Shown: one piece after another, positions 29,267 to 39,015 of the stretch
Numbering within the stretch: the first letter of the stretch is position 1
Layout of the letters: every line of letters begins with the position of its first letter
DNA from: an uncultured delta proteobacterium
GTDB lineage: Bacteria; Desulfobacterota; Binatia; UBA9968
Direction: 5' to 3'
Assembly (NCBI GenBank): GCA_963727625.1
Contig: CAVSHR010000011.1
Location: 224,001-288,000, forward strand
DNA: 64,000 bases
Position numbers and translations under genes: made by a program
The notes under the pieces: model-generated
Databases searched by the model: none
The model's input: only the letters and a program-made list of their open reading frames with translations
What the model was told of the DNA's origin: nothing

Positions 29267-31145
29267 CTACCATTTCCCTACCACCGGTAGATCACCGGCT
29301 TGACCGAAACCGCTGATGTACTTGTCGACGTTGGTTCCATCCCATTGGCCGTTGCCGTTCATGTCCAGAAACCATTCGCCGGTCGCCGGTCTGAACAAGC
29401 CGATCTTGCTGATTCCGCTCGCATCCCAGTCACCGGCCACAGGGAGATCGCCTGCTCTGTCCGAAGCCCGCGATGTACTGATCGCCGTTGGTTCCATCCC
29501 ATTGGCCGTTGCCGTTGACATCGAGAAACCACTCGCCCGTGCTCGGCCTGAATAGGCCGATCTTGCTGGTTCCGCTCGCATCCCAGTCGCCGGCCACCGG
29601 CAGATCGCCGCTCTGGCCAAAGGGCGGGATGCAGCGGTCGACACCGCAACCGTCGAACCTTCCGTTGTCGTCGAGATCAAGAAACCACTCGCCCGTGCTT
29701 GGGCGAAACACTCCGACCATGGCTCCGCCGGTTCCATTCCAGTCGCCGACAACGGGGAGGTCTGCCTGTTCTCCAAACGATCGGACGCATTGATCCCGTT
29801 TGCACCCGTTCCATTTCTCATTGCCGTTGCGGTCCAGGTACCATTGGCTTCCGGCATTACTGTCGTCCGAAGGTAAATAGATTCCAAAATCATCCGCGCC
29901 CGAGCCGTTCCAGTCTCCCACGACCGGGATCCATTGCGAGCCCGGCGCGAAATTCCTTTTCTTCTGCCATGGGTTAAAACAGGGGTCGACGTCGCAGCCA
30001 TTATTGGCGCCGGCAAGACTGCTCTTCAGGTGCCACTCGTGAGTCGCGCTGTTGAATAGGCCGATACTGGCGGGTCGCTGCTCGAAGCTGGCGATACAGG
30101 ACGTGCTGGATTTGAGTTTGACGACGCCGTTTCGGCAGGCACGATCGCCGCTCCAGCCGGTGAATGCCGAACCCGGAGCGGCGGCCGCCCGTAAAACCAC
30201 CCGAGTCCGCTTGCTAAACACTGCCGAACAATCGGTGACACAATCGATGGCTCCAGGGCTGCCGGTGACGCGCCCTCTGCCCCTGATGGCAATATTCAGC
30301 CTGTTGCCATTGACCGTAAACATGGCGGCGCAAGATTTGCTCGCGGTCATGGAGACCACGCCGTCCGAACAGTCGGCAGCGCCGCTCCAGCCGGAAAAGG
30401 CCGAGCCCGAAGCAGCAGTCGCTGTCAGTTTTACGCTGGTTCCGTTGGTAAAATCCGCCGAGCAAGTATTGCCGCAATTAATTCCCGCGGGGTTGCTGGT
30501 GACGCTGCCTTTGCCGGTGCCCACCGTGGTCACCTCGCCGACGACGTTGACGGTCAAGGTCGCCGTCGGGGCGGTAACGGTGTTGGCGGCAAAAGTCGCG
30601 GTGCAAGTTTTATTCGCGTTTATGGTCACCGAACCGTCCAGGCAATCGGCATCGCCGCTCCAGCCCGAGAAGCTATAACCGCTGGCGGGGGCGGCGGATA
30701 ACACGACGGTGGTGCCGCTATTGAATGGGGCGCTGCACGTCGCGCCGCAGTTAATTCCCGCCGGGCTGCTGGTGACCGCGCCGCCGGCTTGAGAAGACAC
30801 CGTGAGCGTATAGGCCGCAATCGGCGCCGCCTGGGTCGTGGCGCAGGTTTCAGGCGAGTAGGGTGAATTACCGGCGCCGTTAAAGGCATTGACGCGATAA
30901 CAGTATGAGGTGTTATCCGCCATTCCGGAGTCACTATACGAAGTAACGTTGGCACCGGTGGTTGCGATAACACTGAAAGTGCCGGCGCTGCCCGTTTTTC
31001 TTTCGATTTGAAAACCGTCTTCATCGGACGAATTATCGACCCACGTCAATTGCAAGCTTGCCGCCAGCGCGCGACCGTGGAACAAGAAAGTTAAGCCTGC
31101 AATCGAGACAACGAGAAACAATCCGTAAAATAAGCGGTGACGCAC
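29267..31145 (-). CDS. Secreted protein: FN3, three InlB-B-repeat-like Ig domains, and FG-GAP-like GDW repeats; one frameshift near 29455
   Basis: Joining ORFs 29430..31145 and 29267..30016 gives a continuous repeat series GDLPVxGDWxxxGxxxIGxFRPxTGEWFLDxxGNGxWDG ending in PVVGKW*. Three units resemble TLTV..G.G.VTS.PAGINCG..CS..F..GT.V.L.A....GS.FSGWSG..DC. Confidence 0.85.
29270..29770 (-). repeat. Intragenic tandem repeats of about 140 nt (FG-GAP-like units)
   Basis: Recurrent TTGGTTCCATCCCATTGGCCGTTGCCGTT and CCGATCTTGCTG.TTCCGCTCGCATCCCAGTC at about 140-nt spacing. Confidence 0.85.
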
Positions 31146-31354
31146 AGGACCCCCCTCCGGAGCAATCCGAGCCGAAGCTGCACAAGCTCAGAGGGCACTG
31201 TGCGTCTTTTCGGCGGCTCTGCTGCCTTGTCCCGTAGTCCGTGGTCGGTAGGTCCACGTGATCAGGAGTTAGGCCAGAAGCTTTGCGTCCCAACCTTTCG
31301 GTTGGTTTGCCTTTTCGTAGACTTATTGTTTTAAATTCTGTCAGTTGAGATCAA

Positions 31355-31370
31355 TGCAACGCTGATGCCA
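31355..31370 (-). promoter_or_regulatory. Sigma-54 (-24/-12) promoter for the - strand secreted-protein operon
   Basis: The reverse complement reads TGGCATCAGCGTTGCA (GG-N10-GC), about 210 nt upstream of the start at 31145. Confidence 0.75.
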
Positions 31371-31598
31371 TTGTGTGTTTTAAATATCCTTAATGAAATC
31401 AGCGTATTATAAATGCTATTGGGCAAAAACATTCGGTTGGGCGTACAATTCTGTCGAGGCGCCCGGACAAGGATTGTCGGGTTTTGGCTGCGCCTGACCA
31501 TCCCGCATGGAACAATTGTTGGGTAAAAATGGGTCTAGTGTCTTTCTCCTCCATCCCGTCATACCGGCGAACCCGGTATCCGATCTACTCCACGAAGG

Positions 31599-31716
31599 AC
31601 ACAGCGCGGCGGAGCCGCAACCAAAGAAGAAAGCCTTATTTAGCCACTGAGGCGCAGAGGCCGCAGTAATTCTCGATAAAAAACTCTTTCCTCGGCGTAC
31701 TCCGCGCCTCTGCGGT
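31599..31716. repeat. Dispersed REP/MITE-like element
   Basis: CACAGCGCGGCGGAGCCGCAACCAAAG followed by the palindrome CCACTGAGGCGCAGAG...CTCCGCGCCTCTGCGG. Related copies at about 635-700 (inverted), 7719-7885 and 41540-41600. Confidence 0.7.
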
Positions 31717-31803
31717 AAGTTCTCTGCTGGACCGATTCAATCGGGCTAGTCAACGGTTAATTTGCGTGAGCGGCGAGAACTTTCAATGATAGCAATACGA
31801 ATG

Positions 31804-31916
31804 ACGGTTTTGCCGATTCGACTCTCCGTTCTTTACCCCTATCGTTGAAAGTTTCGGCGGCCCGGGCAGATCCTCTGAACCCCCGCCACTTCGCTGCGCT
31901 CCATCCGGGACACTGA
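31804..31916 (-). repeat. About 112-bp repeat, inverted copy of 41636-41748
   Basis: GGTTTTGCCGATTCGACTCTCCGTTCTTTACC...CGCTGCGCTCCATCCGGGACACTGA matches the reverse complement of 41636-41748 at roughly 85% by eye. Confidence 0.85.
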
Positions 31917-31971
31917 TGATGTTTCCACGCGCTCTCGTTGAGTATTAGATTTGCCAAGTCGGAATCTTGCC

Positions 31972-32961
31972 ATGTCTGATCACAAGCTTTGTGTCTCGGT
32001 CATCGTGCCGGTTTACAACGATGCAGCCGGCTTGTTTGAGTGCTTGAACTCTCTTAAAGCTCAAGCCCATACGGAAACCGAAATCGTCGTGGTCAACGAC
32101 GCGTCAACCGATGAATCGGCCGCCGTCGCCGATTCGGCGGGGGTCAAACTCTTCAGCCTGTTGAAGAACTCCGGACCGGCTGCGGCGCGCAACTACGGGG
32201 CCGCGCGGGCCTGCGGCGACATCCTTTTTTTCGTCGACGCCGATGTGGTGCTGGCGCCGGGCGGCATCGAGCGAGTGAGGCGGACATTTGACGAACGGCG
32301 CGATCTGGCGGCGCTCTTCGGTTCATACGATGCTTCTCCCCGAGCGTCCGGTGTGATCTCGCAGTATCGGAATCTGCTGCACCATTTCGTGCACCAGAAT
32401 GGGCAATCGGAGGCGTCGACGTTCTGGGCCGGTTGCGGGGCAATCCGACGAGAGGTATTTGCAGAGATCGGCGGCTTCGATGAAGCGCGTTATCGCCGTC
32501 CGTCGATTGAGGATATCGAGCTGGGCTACCGTTTGCGCCGCAGAGGGTACCGAATATTTCTCGATAAATCCCTTCAGGGAAAACATTTGAAGCATTGGAC
32601 ATTGTTTTCGTTCATTCACACCGATATTTTCGGCCGGGCGATTCCATGGTCGCGTCTCATTCTCGAGACTAAAATGCTGCCCAACGATTTGAATCTGAAA
32701 TGGGATCAGCGGGCCAGTTTTGTATTGGTGTGCCTCGCCTGTCTCTCGCTGGTGCTGGGTTTTTTTTGGTTTCAAAGCTTCGCCCTTGCCGTGGTCGCGA
32801 TTCTAGTCCTGATCGGGCTCAATCGGCGCATTTATCTATTTTTCGCCCGGCAGCGGGGTTGGGCTTTCGCCCTCGCCTGTGTCCCGCTCCATTTTGCCTA
32901 TTATTTGTATAGCGGTTTCAGTTACATTTACGTGCGCGCGTTAAACCTTTTGGGTCTCTGA
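31972..32961 (+). CDS. GT2 glycosyltransferase with C-terminal TM segments
   Basis: SVIVPVYN, VVNDASTD, GPAAARN, FFVDAD, IEDIELGYRL. Confidence 0.92.
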   Translation: MSDHKLCVSVIVPVYNDAAGLFECLNSLKAQAHTETEIVVVNDASTDESAAVADSAGVKLFSLLKNSGPAAARNYGAARACGDILFFVDADVVLAPGGIERVRRTFDERRDLAALFGSYDASPRASGVISQYRNLLHHFVHQNGQSEASTFWAGCGAIRREVFAEIGGFDEARYRRPSIEDIELGYRLRRRGYRIFLDKSLQGKHLKHWTLFSFIHTDIFGRAIPWSRLILETKMLPNDLNLKWDQRASFVLVCLACLSLVLGFFWFQSFALAVVAILVLIGLNRRIYLFFARQRGWAFALACVPLHFAYYLYSGFSYIYVRALNLLGL

Positions 32962-33034
32962 GGTGAGATCCGCAACAGGTTGTCAAAGCGACCCATGCGG
33001 CCGATGATGGCGTGCGTCGCGGAGAACATCAACA

Positions 33035-34840
33035 GTGAGCGAAAATAGCCTCAAGGAGATTAACGATATTATCGTTATCGGCGCTGGTCCGGCAGGGCTG
33101 ACAGCCGCCTACGAGCTGGTGAAACATCATCAGCGACCGGTTGTCGTCGAAAAAAACTGCCGGGTCGGCGGTCTGGCCCGGACGGAAAGCTACAACGGCT
33201 ATCACTTCGATATGGGGGGGCACCGATTTTTCACCAAAGCGCCGGCGGTCACCAAGATGTGGCGCGAGGTGCTGGGAAAAGATTTTATTCGGCGCCCGCG
33301 GCTTTCGAGAATTTACTACAAAAACAAATTTTTCTCTTATCCGCTCGAGCCGTTTAACGCGCTCGCCGGGCTGGGCGTTATCGAAAGTCTCTTGATCGGC
33401 TTGAGCTATCTTCGCTGGCAGATCTTTCCCTATCGTCAGGAGGAAACTTTTGAGCAATGGGTCACGAATCGTTTCGGGAAAAGGCTCTTTTTGACGTTTT
33501 TTAAAGCCTACACGGAGAAGGTTTGGGGAATTTCCTGCTCCGAGCTGAAAGCGGAGTGGGCGGCGCAACGCATCAAGGACCTCTCGCTGAAAACGGCTCT
33601 GCTGGCGATGTTTTTTAAGCCGAGAAAGACCATCAAGACATTGATCGAGGAATTTGAATACCCTCGCTTGGGTCCCGGCATGATGTGGAACGCGGTTAAG
33701 CAACAGATCGAAGAACGCGGCGCGGCCGTGCATATGGAGATGGACGTGACATCCATCGCGCGCAACGGGGCTTCGATCAAAAGTGTCACGATGTCCCAAA
33801 ACGGCCGCAGCGCGACCCTCGAGGGGAGCCATTTTATTTCGAGTATGCCGCTCAGTGAATTTATCAAGAAACTCGAACCTCCCCCGCCGGAGGCGGTGCT
33901 GCAAGCCGCCGATAAGATTCACTATCGCGATTTCTTGACGGTTTGTCTGATCGTGAACAAAGGCGAATTGTTCCCCGACAATTGGATCTACGTTCATGAT
34001 CCCGGCGTTAAGGTTGGGCGCATCCAGAATTTCAAGAACTGGAGCGCTGACATGGTGCCCGACGCCGCCACGACCAGCCTCGGTCTGGAATATTTTTGCA
34101 CGGAAGGAGACAGATTGTGGAACATGGCCGACGCCGATCTGATCGAGCTCGGCAAAAGAGAAGTGGAAAGCATTGGTCTCGCTTGCTACGGGGATATTGG
34201 CGATGGCTGCGTGCGCCGGGTGCCGAAGGCCTATCCGATCTACGATTCCGATTACGCTGCCTATCTAGCGACCGTGCGGAAGTTCGTTGACGGATTTGTC
34301 AACTTCCAAACGATCGGCCGCAACGGTTTGCACCGGTATAACAATCAGGATCATTCGATGCTGACCGGAATGTTGGCTGTGCGCAATATCGTGTTCGATG
34401 AAAAGCACGACTTATGGAGTGTGAACACAGACCGGGAATATCATGAAGAGGTTGCCGAGGAGACCGGGCTGGAAGGTCTCGATGTGACCGAGGTGCTTCG
34501 GGACGCGGTCGCGCGAGCGTTCCCGCGATTGGATCGAACCGCTTTCGGAGTAGCGCTGGGCACCCTGTCCGGGGCGATCATTTTTCTCGCCACGCTGATG
34601 CTGGTCGTTAAAGGCGGCGATGTGGTCGGCCCCAACCTCGCGCTGCTGAACCAGTTTTTCCCGGGGTACAGGGTGAGTCTTTCGGGCAGCATCTTGGGGC
34701 TGGTCTACGGATTTGCGTCCGGTTTCGGGGCTGGTTGGGGATTTGCTTTTCTCCGAAACGTTACCATGTTTGCCTATATGGCGTTCCAGCGCCGCAGCGC
34801 AGAACGCCAATTGATGCGTAATCTTCTCGAATACTTTTGA
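33035..34840 (+). CDS. FAD-dependent oxidoreductase (PRK07208/UGM-related family) with a fused C-terminal membrane domain
   Basis: IGAGPAGL, DMGGHRFF, YP.LGPGMMW, FPDNWIYVH, GLEYFC, GRNGLHRYNNQDHSMLTG; hydrophobic C-terminal region of about 100 aa. Confidence 0.88.
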   Translation: MSENSLKEINDIIVIGAGPAGLTAAYELVKHHQRPVVVEKNCRVGGLARTESYNGYHFDMGGHRFFTKAPAVTKMWREVLGKDFIRRPRLSRIYYKNKFFSYPLEPFNALAGLGVIESLLIGLSYLRWQIFPYRQEETFEQWVTNRFGKRLFLTFFKAYTEKVWGISCSELKAEWAAQRIKDLSLKTALLAMFFKPRKTIKTLIEEFEYPRLGPGMMWNAVKQQIEERGAAVHMEMDVTSIARNGASIKSVTMSQNGRSATLEGSHFISSMPLSEFIKKLEPPPPEAVLQAADKIHYRDFLTVCLIVNKGELFPDNWIYVHDPGVKVGRIQNFKNWSADMVPDAATTSLGLEYFCTEGDRLWNMADADLIELGKREVESIGLACYGDIGDGCVRRVPKAYPIYDSDYAAYLATVRKFVDGFVNFQTIGRNGLHRYNNQDHSMLTGMLAVRNIVFDEKHDLWSVNTDREYHEEVAEETGLEGLDVTEVLRDAVARAFPRLDRTAFGVALGTLSGAIIFLATLMLVVKGGDVVGPNLALLNQFFPGYRVSLSGSILGLVYGFASGFGAGWGFAFLRNVTMFAYMAFQRRSAERQLMRNLLEYF

Positions 34841-34859
34841 TTGGTGAGAAGCGGGCGAG

Positions 34860-35558
34860 ATGTACTGGCGGCGCAGACTTCAGCGGCATCTGTGGTTAGC
34901 ATTTTTAAGCATTGGACTTTCCGTGATCGTTTACTCGCTCCAGCGGTCCGATGACAACCTATTCAAGTTGAGCATGGCCTCGGCCTATTCCAGTCTCATT
35001 TTACTCTGTGGCACGCTGGTGCTCGGACCCTGGACCCTGCTCAAAAACCGACCGTATCCGGTCAGTACTGATTTACGCCGCGACATCGGGATCTGGGCCG
35101 GGATGCTCGGTTTGTTTCATACCGCTGTCGGACTGCAAGTGCACATGAAAGGAAATTTTTGGCTCTATTTTGTTTTCCCGGCAAATCAAGGGCGGGCAAT
35201 GCCGATCCGTTATGATCTTTTCGGTTTGACCAACTACGCCGGTCTGGCGGCGACGATATTGCTGTTGACGCTCCTGGCGCTGTCCAACGATTTTTCACTT
35301 CGCCAGCTCGGCGCTCGCCGCTGGAAGGGGATCCAGCGCTGGAATTACCTGCTGTTTTTCCTGGTTGCGGCTCACGGCGCCGCTTACCAGTTGATCGAGA
35401 AACGGAAGCCATTCTTCGTGGTTATCTTTATTTTTCTTCTGTTCGCGGCCGCGGCGTTTCAGTTCTCCGGCTATCGAAAAAAGAAAACCGTGGAATTCGC
35501 CAAGTTGAAGTCACAGGGCGAAGTTCCATTGGATCCGACGGGCAAACGAGCTACGTAA
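34860..35558 (+). CDS. Ferric reductase-like transmembrane (MsrQ/YedZ-like heme b) protein
   Basis: About 6 TM segments; LRRDIGI....LGLFH, LLALSN..S.R.LGARRWK.IQRWNY.......AH. Confidence 0.8.
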   Translation: MYWRRRLQRHLWLAFLSIGLSVIVYSLQRSDDNLFKLSMASAYSSLILLCGTLVLGPWTLLKNRPYPVSTDLRRDIGIWAGMLGLFHTAVGLQVHMKGNFWLYFVFPANQGRAMPIRYDLFGLTNYAGLAATILLLTLLALSNDFSLRQLGARRWKGIQRWNYLLFFLVAAHGAAYQLIEKRKPFFVVIFIFLLFAAAAFQFSGYRKKKTVEFAKLKSQGEVPLDPTGKRAT

Positions 35559-35563
35559 AAATC

Positions 35564-36505
35564 GTGGCGGAAAACTTCAAGAATGCCGACGCGTCCAGTT
35601 ACGACGCAGTCGCGGCGGAATTTGACCGTTTCAGCGAAATAGTTTCCACGGAATTCGCCGAAAAATTGCTGGAGCTTGCCGATCTGGGAAGTGCGGATCG
35701 GGTGCTGGACATCGGAACCGGCAGCGGCGTGGTCGCGCTGAAGGCGGCGGGGAAAGTCGGTTCGAAAGGAAAAGTGGTCGGCATCGATTTGTCTGAGGCG
35801 ATGCTGCAAACCGCCCGGGCAAAGGCCTTGAAGTGTAAACTCGATGCAACCCTGGAGTTTTGCAAAATGGATGCCGAGGTCTTGGAGTTTGCCGACGGTT
35901 CATTCGATGCCGCGGTGTCGCTTTTTGCGCTGTTGCACTTTCCGGATCCGGCCAGGGCTCTCGCTGAGGTATTCCGCGTGCTTCGACCGGGCGGCAAATT
36001 CGTCGTCGGCGTCGGCAGCGGTCCCCGATGGCTCACACCTCAGGGATTAGCTCATGGGGCAAAGCGCGTGTCCGATCTCGTGCTCGCGTACCGGGGAAAA
36101 AGGCTGGTCGCACCGGGTTTTCTCAACAAGTTGGTTATGAAATACCTGCCGGCGGATGGTGCCGCCGAACAGACGGCCCTGGCCACAGATCGCCATAAAC
36201 CCCGCAGTATTGCTTTGCTGGCGCGTCAGGCGGGCTTTATCGAGATCGGTTCGAATTGGCGAAGCCATGAAGCGATGGTTGCAACGGCTGAGGACTTCTG
36301 GGATCTGCAGCGGACGTTTTCCAGTCTGGCCCGCAAGCGGCTGTCTAAGGCGGAACCCGAGAAGCTCGATCGGTTAAAAAAAGAGTTTTTCACAACCTGT
36401 GATTTGGTACAATCATGCGGTGGCAAGCTGGTTTATCCTTCGGCGGTGTTTTACCTCCAGGCGCGCCGGCCGTTGGATCGATCGATTGACCTAAAGGAGA
36501 GGTAA
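35564..36505 (+). CDS. Class I SAM-dependent methyltransferase (UbiE-like)
   Basis: VLDIGTGSG, GIDLSEAML, MDAE.L.F.D.SFD, RVLRPGG. Confidence 0.9.
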   Translation: MAENFKNADASSYDAVAAEFDRFSEIVSTEFAEKLLELADLGSADRVLDIGTGSGVVALKAAGKVGSKGKVVGIDLSEAMLQTARAKALKCKLDATLEFCKMDAEVLEFADGSFDAAVSLFALLHFPDPARALAEVFRVLRPGGKFVVGVGSGPRWLTPQGLAHGAKRVSDLVLAYRGKRLVAPGFLNKLVMKYLPADGAAEQTALATDRHKPRSIALLARQAGFIEIGSNWRSHEAMVATAEDFWDLQRTFSSLARKRLSKAEPEKLDRLKKEFFTTCDLVQSCGGKLVYPSAVFYLQARRPLDRSIDLKER

Positions 36506-36864
36506 TGATGGCTGCCAATACCGACCTTTCGGCGGAAAAAAAGCCGGCTGTTGAAGACTTGGTTCTCACCCGGGTTCTGTACTTGAACGCAGTGATCCAC
36601 GGTCTGGTTGTCGGTCTCTTATTGGGAATGGGGATCTTTGTCGCGACAAACTGGCTGATCTTGAAGGGCGGCGAGGATGTCGGACCGCACCTTTCATTAT
36701 TGGGTCAGTTTTTTATCGGATACGAGGTCACCTTTGTCGGGAGTTTGATTGGGTTTGCTTACGGAGCGGTGGTCGGGTTTTGCGGCGGCTATCTGATCGC
36801 AAGAATTTATAATTGGGTTGCGAGCCGCAGGGACAAGCCTCGCCTGCGGGGTTTACTTTCTTGA
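36505..36864 (+). CDS. Small membrane protein homologous to the C-terminal domain of the FAD oxidoreductase at 33035
   Basis: KGGEDVGPHLSLLGQFFIGYEVTFVGSLIG aligns with KGGDVVGPNLALLNQFFPGYRVSLSGSILG. Confidence 0.85.
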   Translation: MMAANTDLSAEKKPAVEDLVLTRVLYLNAVIHGLVVGLLLGMGIFVATNWLILKGGEDVGPHLSLLGQFFIGYEVTFVGSLIGFAYGAVVGFCGGYLIARIYNWVASRRDKPRLRGLLS

Positions 36865-37060
36865 TCTTTCTTTATTTTCCTGCGCAACGGATCCGACCCC
36901 AACGCGATGCGCCATGCGTTTCCGGGGTGCGGTGATATCGGCACCCTCCGCGCTGAGCCAATTTGCCGTTTGATCCGGTCCGGACTTGTGGCCGATGCCG
37001 AGGCGACCCTTAGGGCATCATGACTATGGTGCGGGGTCAATGGACGCCGCGGGTTAGGAT

Positions 37061-37984
37061 ATGGCGGAGCAAGCACAACAGTTATCCGTTGTCATAGCGG
37101 CGCACAACGGACGGGCGGAGGTGGAAAATTGCCTGGCAAGCTTACAGACGCAAGAGCTGCCTGCGAGTTCGCCCGTGGCGGTCGAGATCATCGTCGCGGG
37201 CAACTTTTGCAATGAAACAGCAGCGCAGCTCAAGCAATCCTATCCGGATGTTCGGTTGTTGCGAGCGGACCAAGCAGTTTCGGTGCCGGAGCTTAGATCG
37301 TGGGGAGCGAGAGAGGCCAAGGGTGATATTGTCGCGCTTTTGGAAGACCACTGTGCGCCGGCACCCGGCTGGTATCGCGCCATTCTTTCAGGCCATGCTC
37401 TGAACCGGCAAGTTGTCGGCGGAGCGATAGAAAACGCCAGCACCCGCCGTTTTGTGGATTGGGCAGTCTATCTGTTCGAATATAGCGCCTATATGAACCC
37501 CGTGCCGCGAGGCGCCGTGCAACAGCTTCCCGGCAACAACGTATGCTATAGTCGCAGCGCGCTGCAACTTTTAGAGAGCCTCTTGAAGCAGAACGTCTGG
37601 GAAACAATGTGGCACCGCCAACTCTCGACGTCAAAGATCGAATTGGTTTCAAGTCCGGACATGGTCGTGTTTCACCGCAAGTCTTTTTCGGTTAAACAAT
37701 TCTGGCATCTGGCTCGTCTGCAGGGCCACAATTACGCTGCCGCACGCACCTTCGAATCAGCCGGTGAGAAATGGTTGTGGACGATCGGAGTGGTCGGCTT
37801 GCCTGGGCTTATGCTTTTACGCATCGGCCGGCGCGTGTTTCACAAGGGTAGACACCTGAAAGAATACCTTTTGGTGATGCCCCTGCTATTTTGGTTCAGC
37901 CTGGCATGGGCTTTAGGGGAAATCACCGGCACGGTTACAAGGCGTCCGGTTGCCGAGAAGGGATGGGGGAACGGCCAGTTGTAA
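37061..37984 (+). CDS. GT2-like glycosyltransferase, paralog A (EDH type)
   Basis: LSVVIA, ALLEDHC, VGGAIEN..VDWAVYLFEY, LPGNN, WALGE. Confidence 0.85.
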   Translation: MAEQAQQLSVVIAAHNGRAEVENCLASLQTQELPASSPVAVEIIVAGNFCNETAAQLKQSYPDVRLLRADQAVSVPELRSWGAREAKGDIVALLEDHCAPAPGWYRAILSGHALNRQVVGGAIENASTRRFVDWAVYLFEYSAYMNPVPRGAVQQLPGNNVCYSRSALQLLESLLKQNVWETMWHRQLSTSKIELVSSPDMVVFHRKSFSVKQFWHLARLQGHNYAAARTFESAGEKWLWTIGVVGLPGLMLLRIGRRVFHKGRHLKEYLLVMPLLFWFSLAWALGEITGTVTRRPVAEKGWGNGQL

Positions 37985-38055
37985 TGCCGGCTCCGTCCAT
38001 GATCGTGCGGCGCAAAAAGGCTGAATGGTTCGGCTATCCACAGGGCGCGAGTAAA

Positions 38056-38958
38056 ATGAACGCTGCGGCCCCTGCGCTCTCGGTGATCGTCGCCTCCCCT
38101 GGCCCGTTGCGCGATATCCCTGAAAGTGTCCATACCCTGCTGGAATCCCGCGGCTCCCGGGAGGTCGAGATCATTTTAGCCTATGCGGCGGACCGCGAGC
38201 TTCCCTTCGTAACGCCCGCGCTTGGCTCGGGCGTAAGCTTGATCCGCCTTCCCGAGGGAACCGCGCTGCCACAGCTGCTGGGCGCGGCAATCGCCCGCGC
38301 TCAGGGAGAAATTTTGGCCATCAGCGACGCCCACTGCGCCGTTGATCGAAATTGGATCTCCGCGACGCTCGCGGCTCACGCCGCGCCGCACCCGGTGATC
38401 GGTGGCGCAGTCGAACCGGATGGTCTTGGCACCCTGGTGGATTGGGCGGGCTACTTTTGCGATTATGGAGCATTCATGTCCCCTCTTGCTCCGGGAGTCG
38501 TTCGGCATGTTCCCGGCATTAACCTATCGATGAAACGATGGGCCCTGGGGATGGGGCGAGAATTCGTCGAGGGTGAGTTTTGGAAGGCCTTCTGGTGTCA
38601 GCAGCTAAAAACCAAAGGCTATGACCTCCATATCGAGCCCTCCATGTTGGTCTTCTACCGGCGCAGCTTTAGCTTCCGGCCTTTTCTGCGGTTGCGTTTT
38701 GATCATGGCCGTTGCTTTGCCGGGATGCGCGCGCGCCGGTTTAATCTGTGGCAGCGCCTCTTGTACCTGCTGGGCTCGCCATTGCTGCCCCTCGTTTTTG
38801 CCGTTAGGTTTTTTCAGGCGCTGGTTCCAAAGCGCCGTCACGTGCGCTATCTTATCGTCTCGTTTCCGATCGTTATGCTGGCCATGATCTCTTGGGGACT
38901 GGGCGAGTTCTGCGGTTATCTTTTAGGGGAGGGAACCAGTTGCAGTCGGGTTCGATGA
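38056..38958 (+). CDS. GT2-like glycosyltransferase, paralog B (degenerate DAH type)
   Basis: LSVIVAS, AISDAHC, IGGAVE..VDWAGYFCDY, SWGLGEFCGY. Alternative coupled start at 37984 (TAATG). Confidence 0.8.
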   Translation: MNAAAPALSVIVASPGPLRDIPESVHTLLESRGSREVEIILAYAADRELPFVTPALGSGVSLIRLPEGTALPQLLGAAIARAQGEILAISDAHCAVDRNWISATLAAHAAPHPVIGGAVEPDGLGTLVDWAGYFCDYGAFMSPLAPGVVRHVPGINLSMKRWALGMGREFVEGEFWKAFWCQQLKTKGYDLHIEPSMLVFYRRSFSFRPFLRLRFDHGRCFAGMRARRFNLWQRLLYLLGSPLLPLVFAVRFFQALVPKRRHVRYLIVSFPIVMLAMISWGLGEFCGYLLGEGTSCSRVR

Positions 38959-39015
38959 CACGCCGGCCTGGAGCGAGCATTTTATTGCAGCGTAACTCGA
39001 TTCGTAGATCATGAC

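Noticed and set aside
29267-30016. Separate 249-aa gene
   Set aside because: Only its last 60 or so aa are meaningful; they are the frameshifted C-terminus of the 31145 gene.
31757-31957. Short ORFs 31757..31957 (-) and 41621..41878 (+) with similar peptides
   Set aside because: The similarity arises from the shared non-coding repeat, not from genes.
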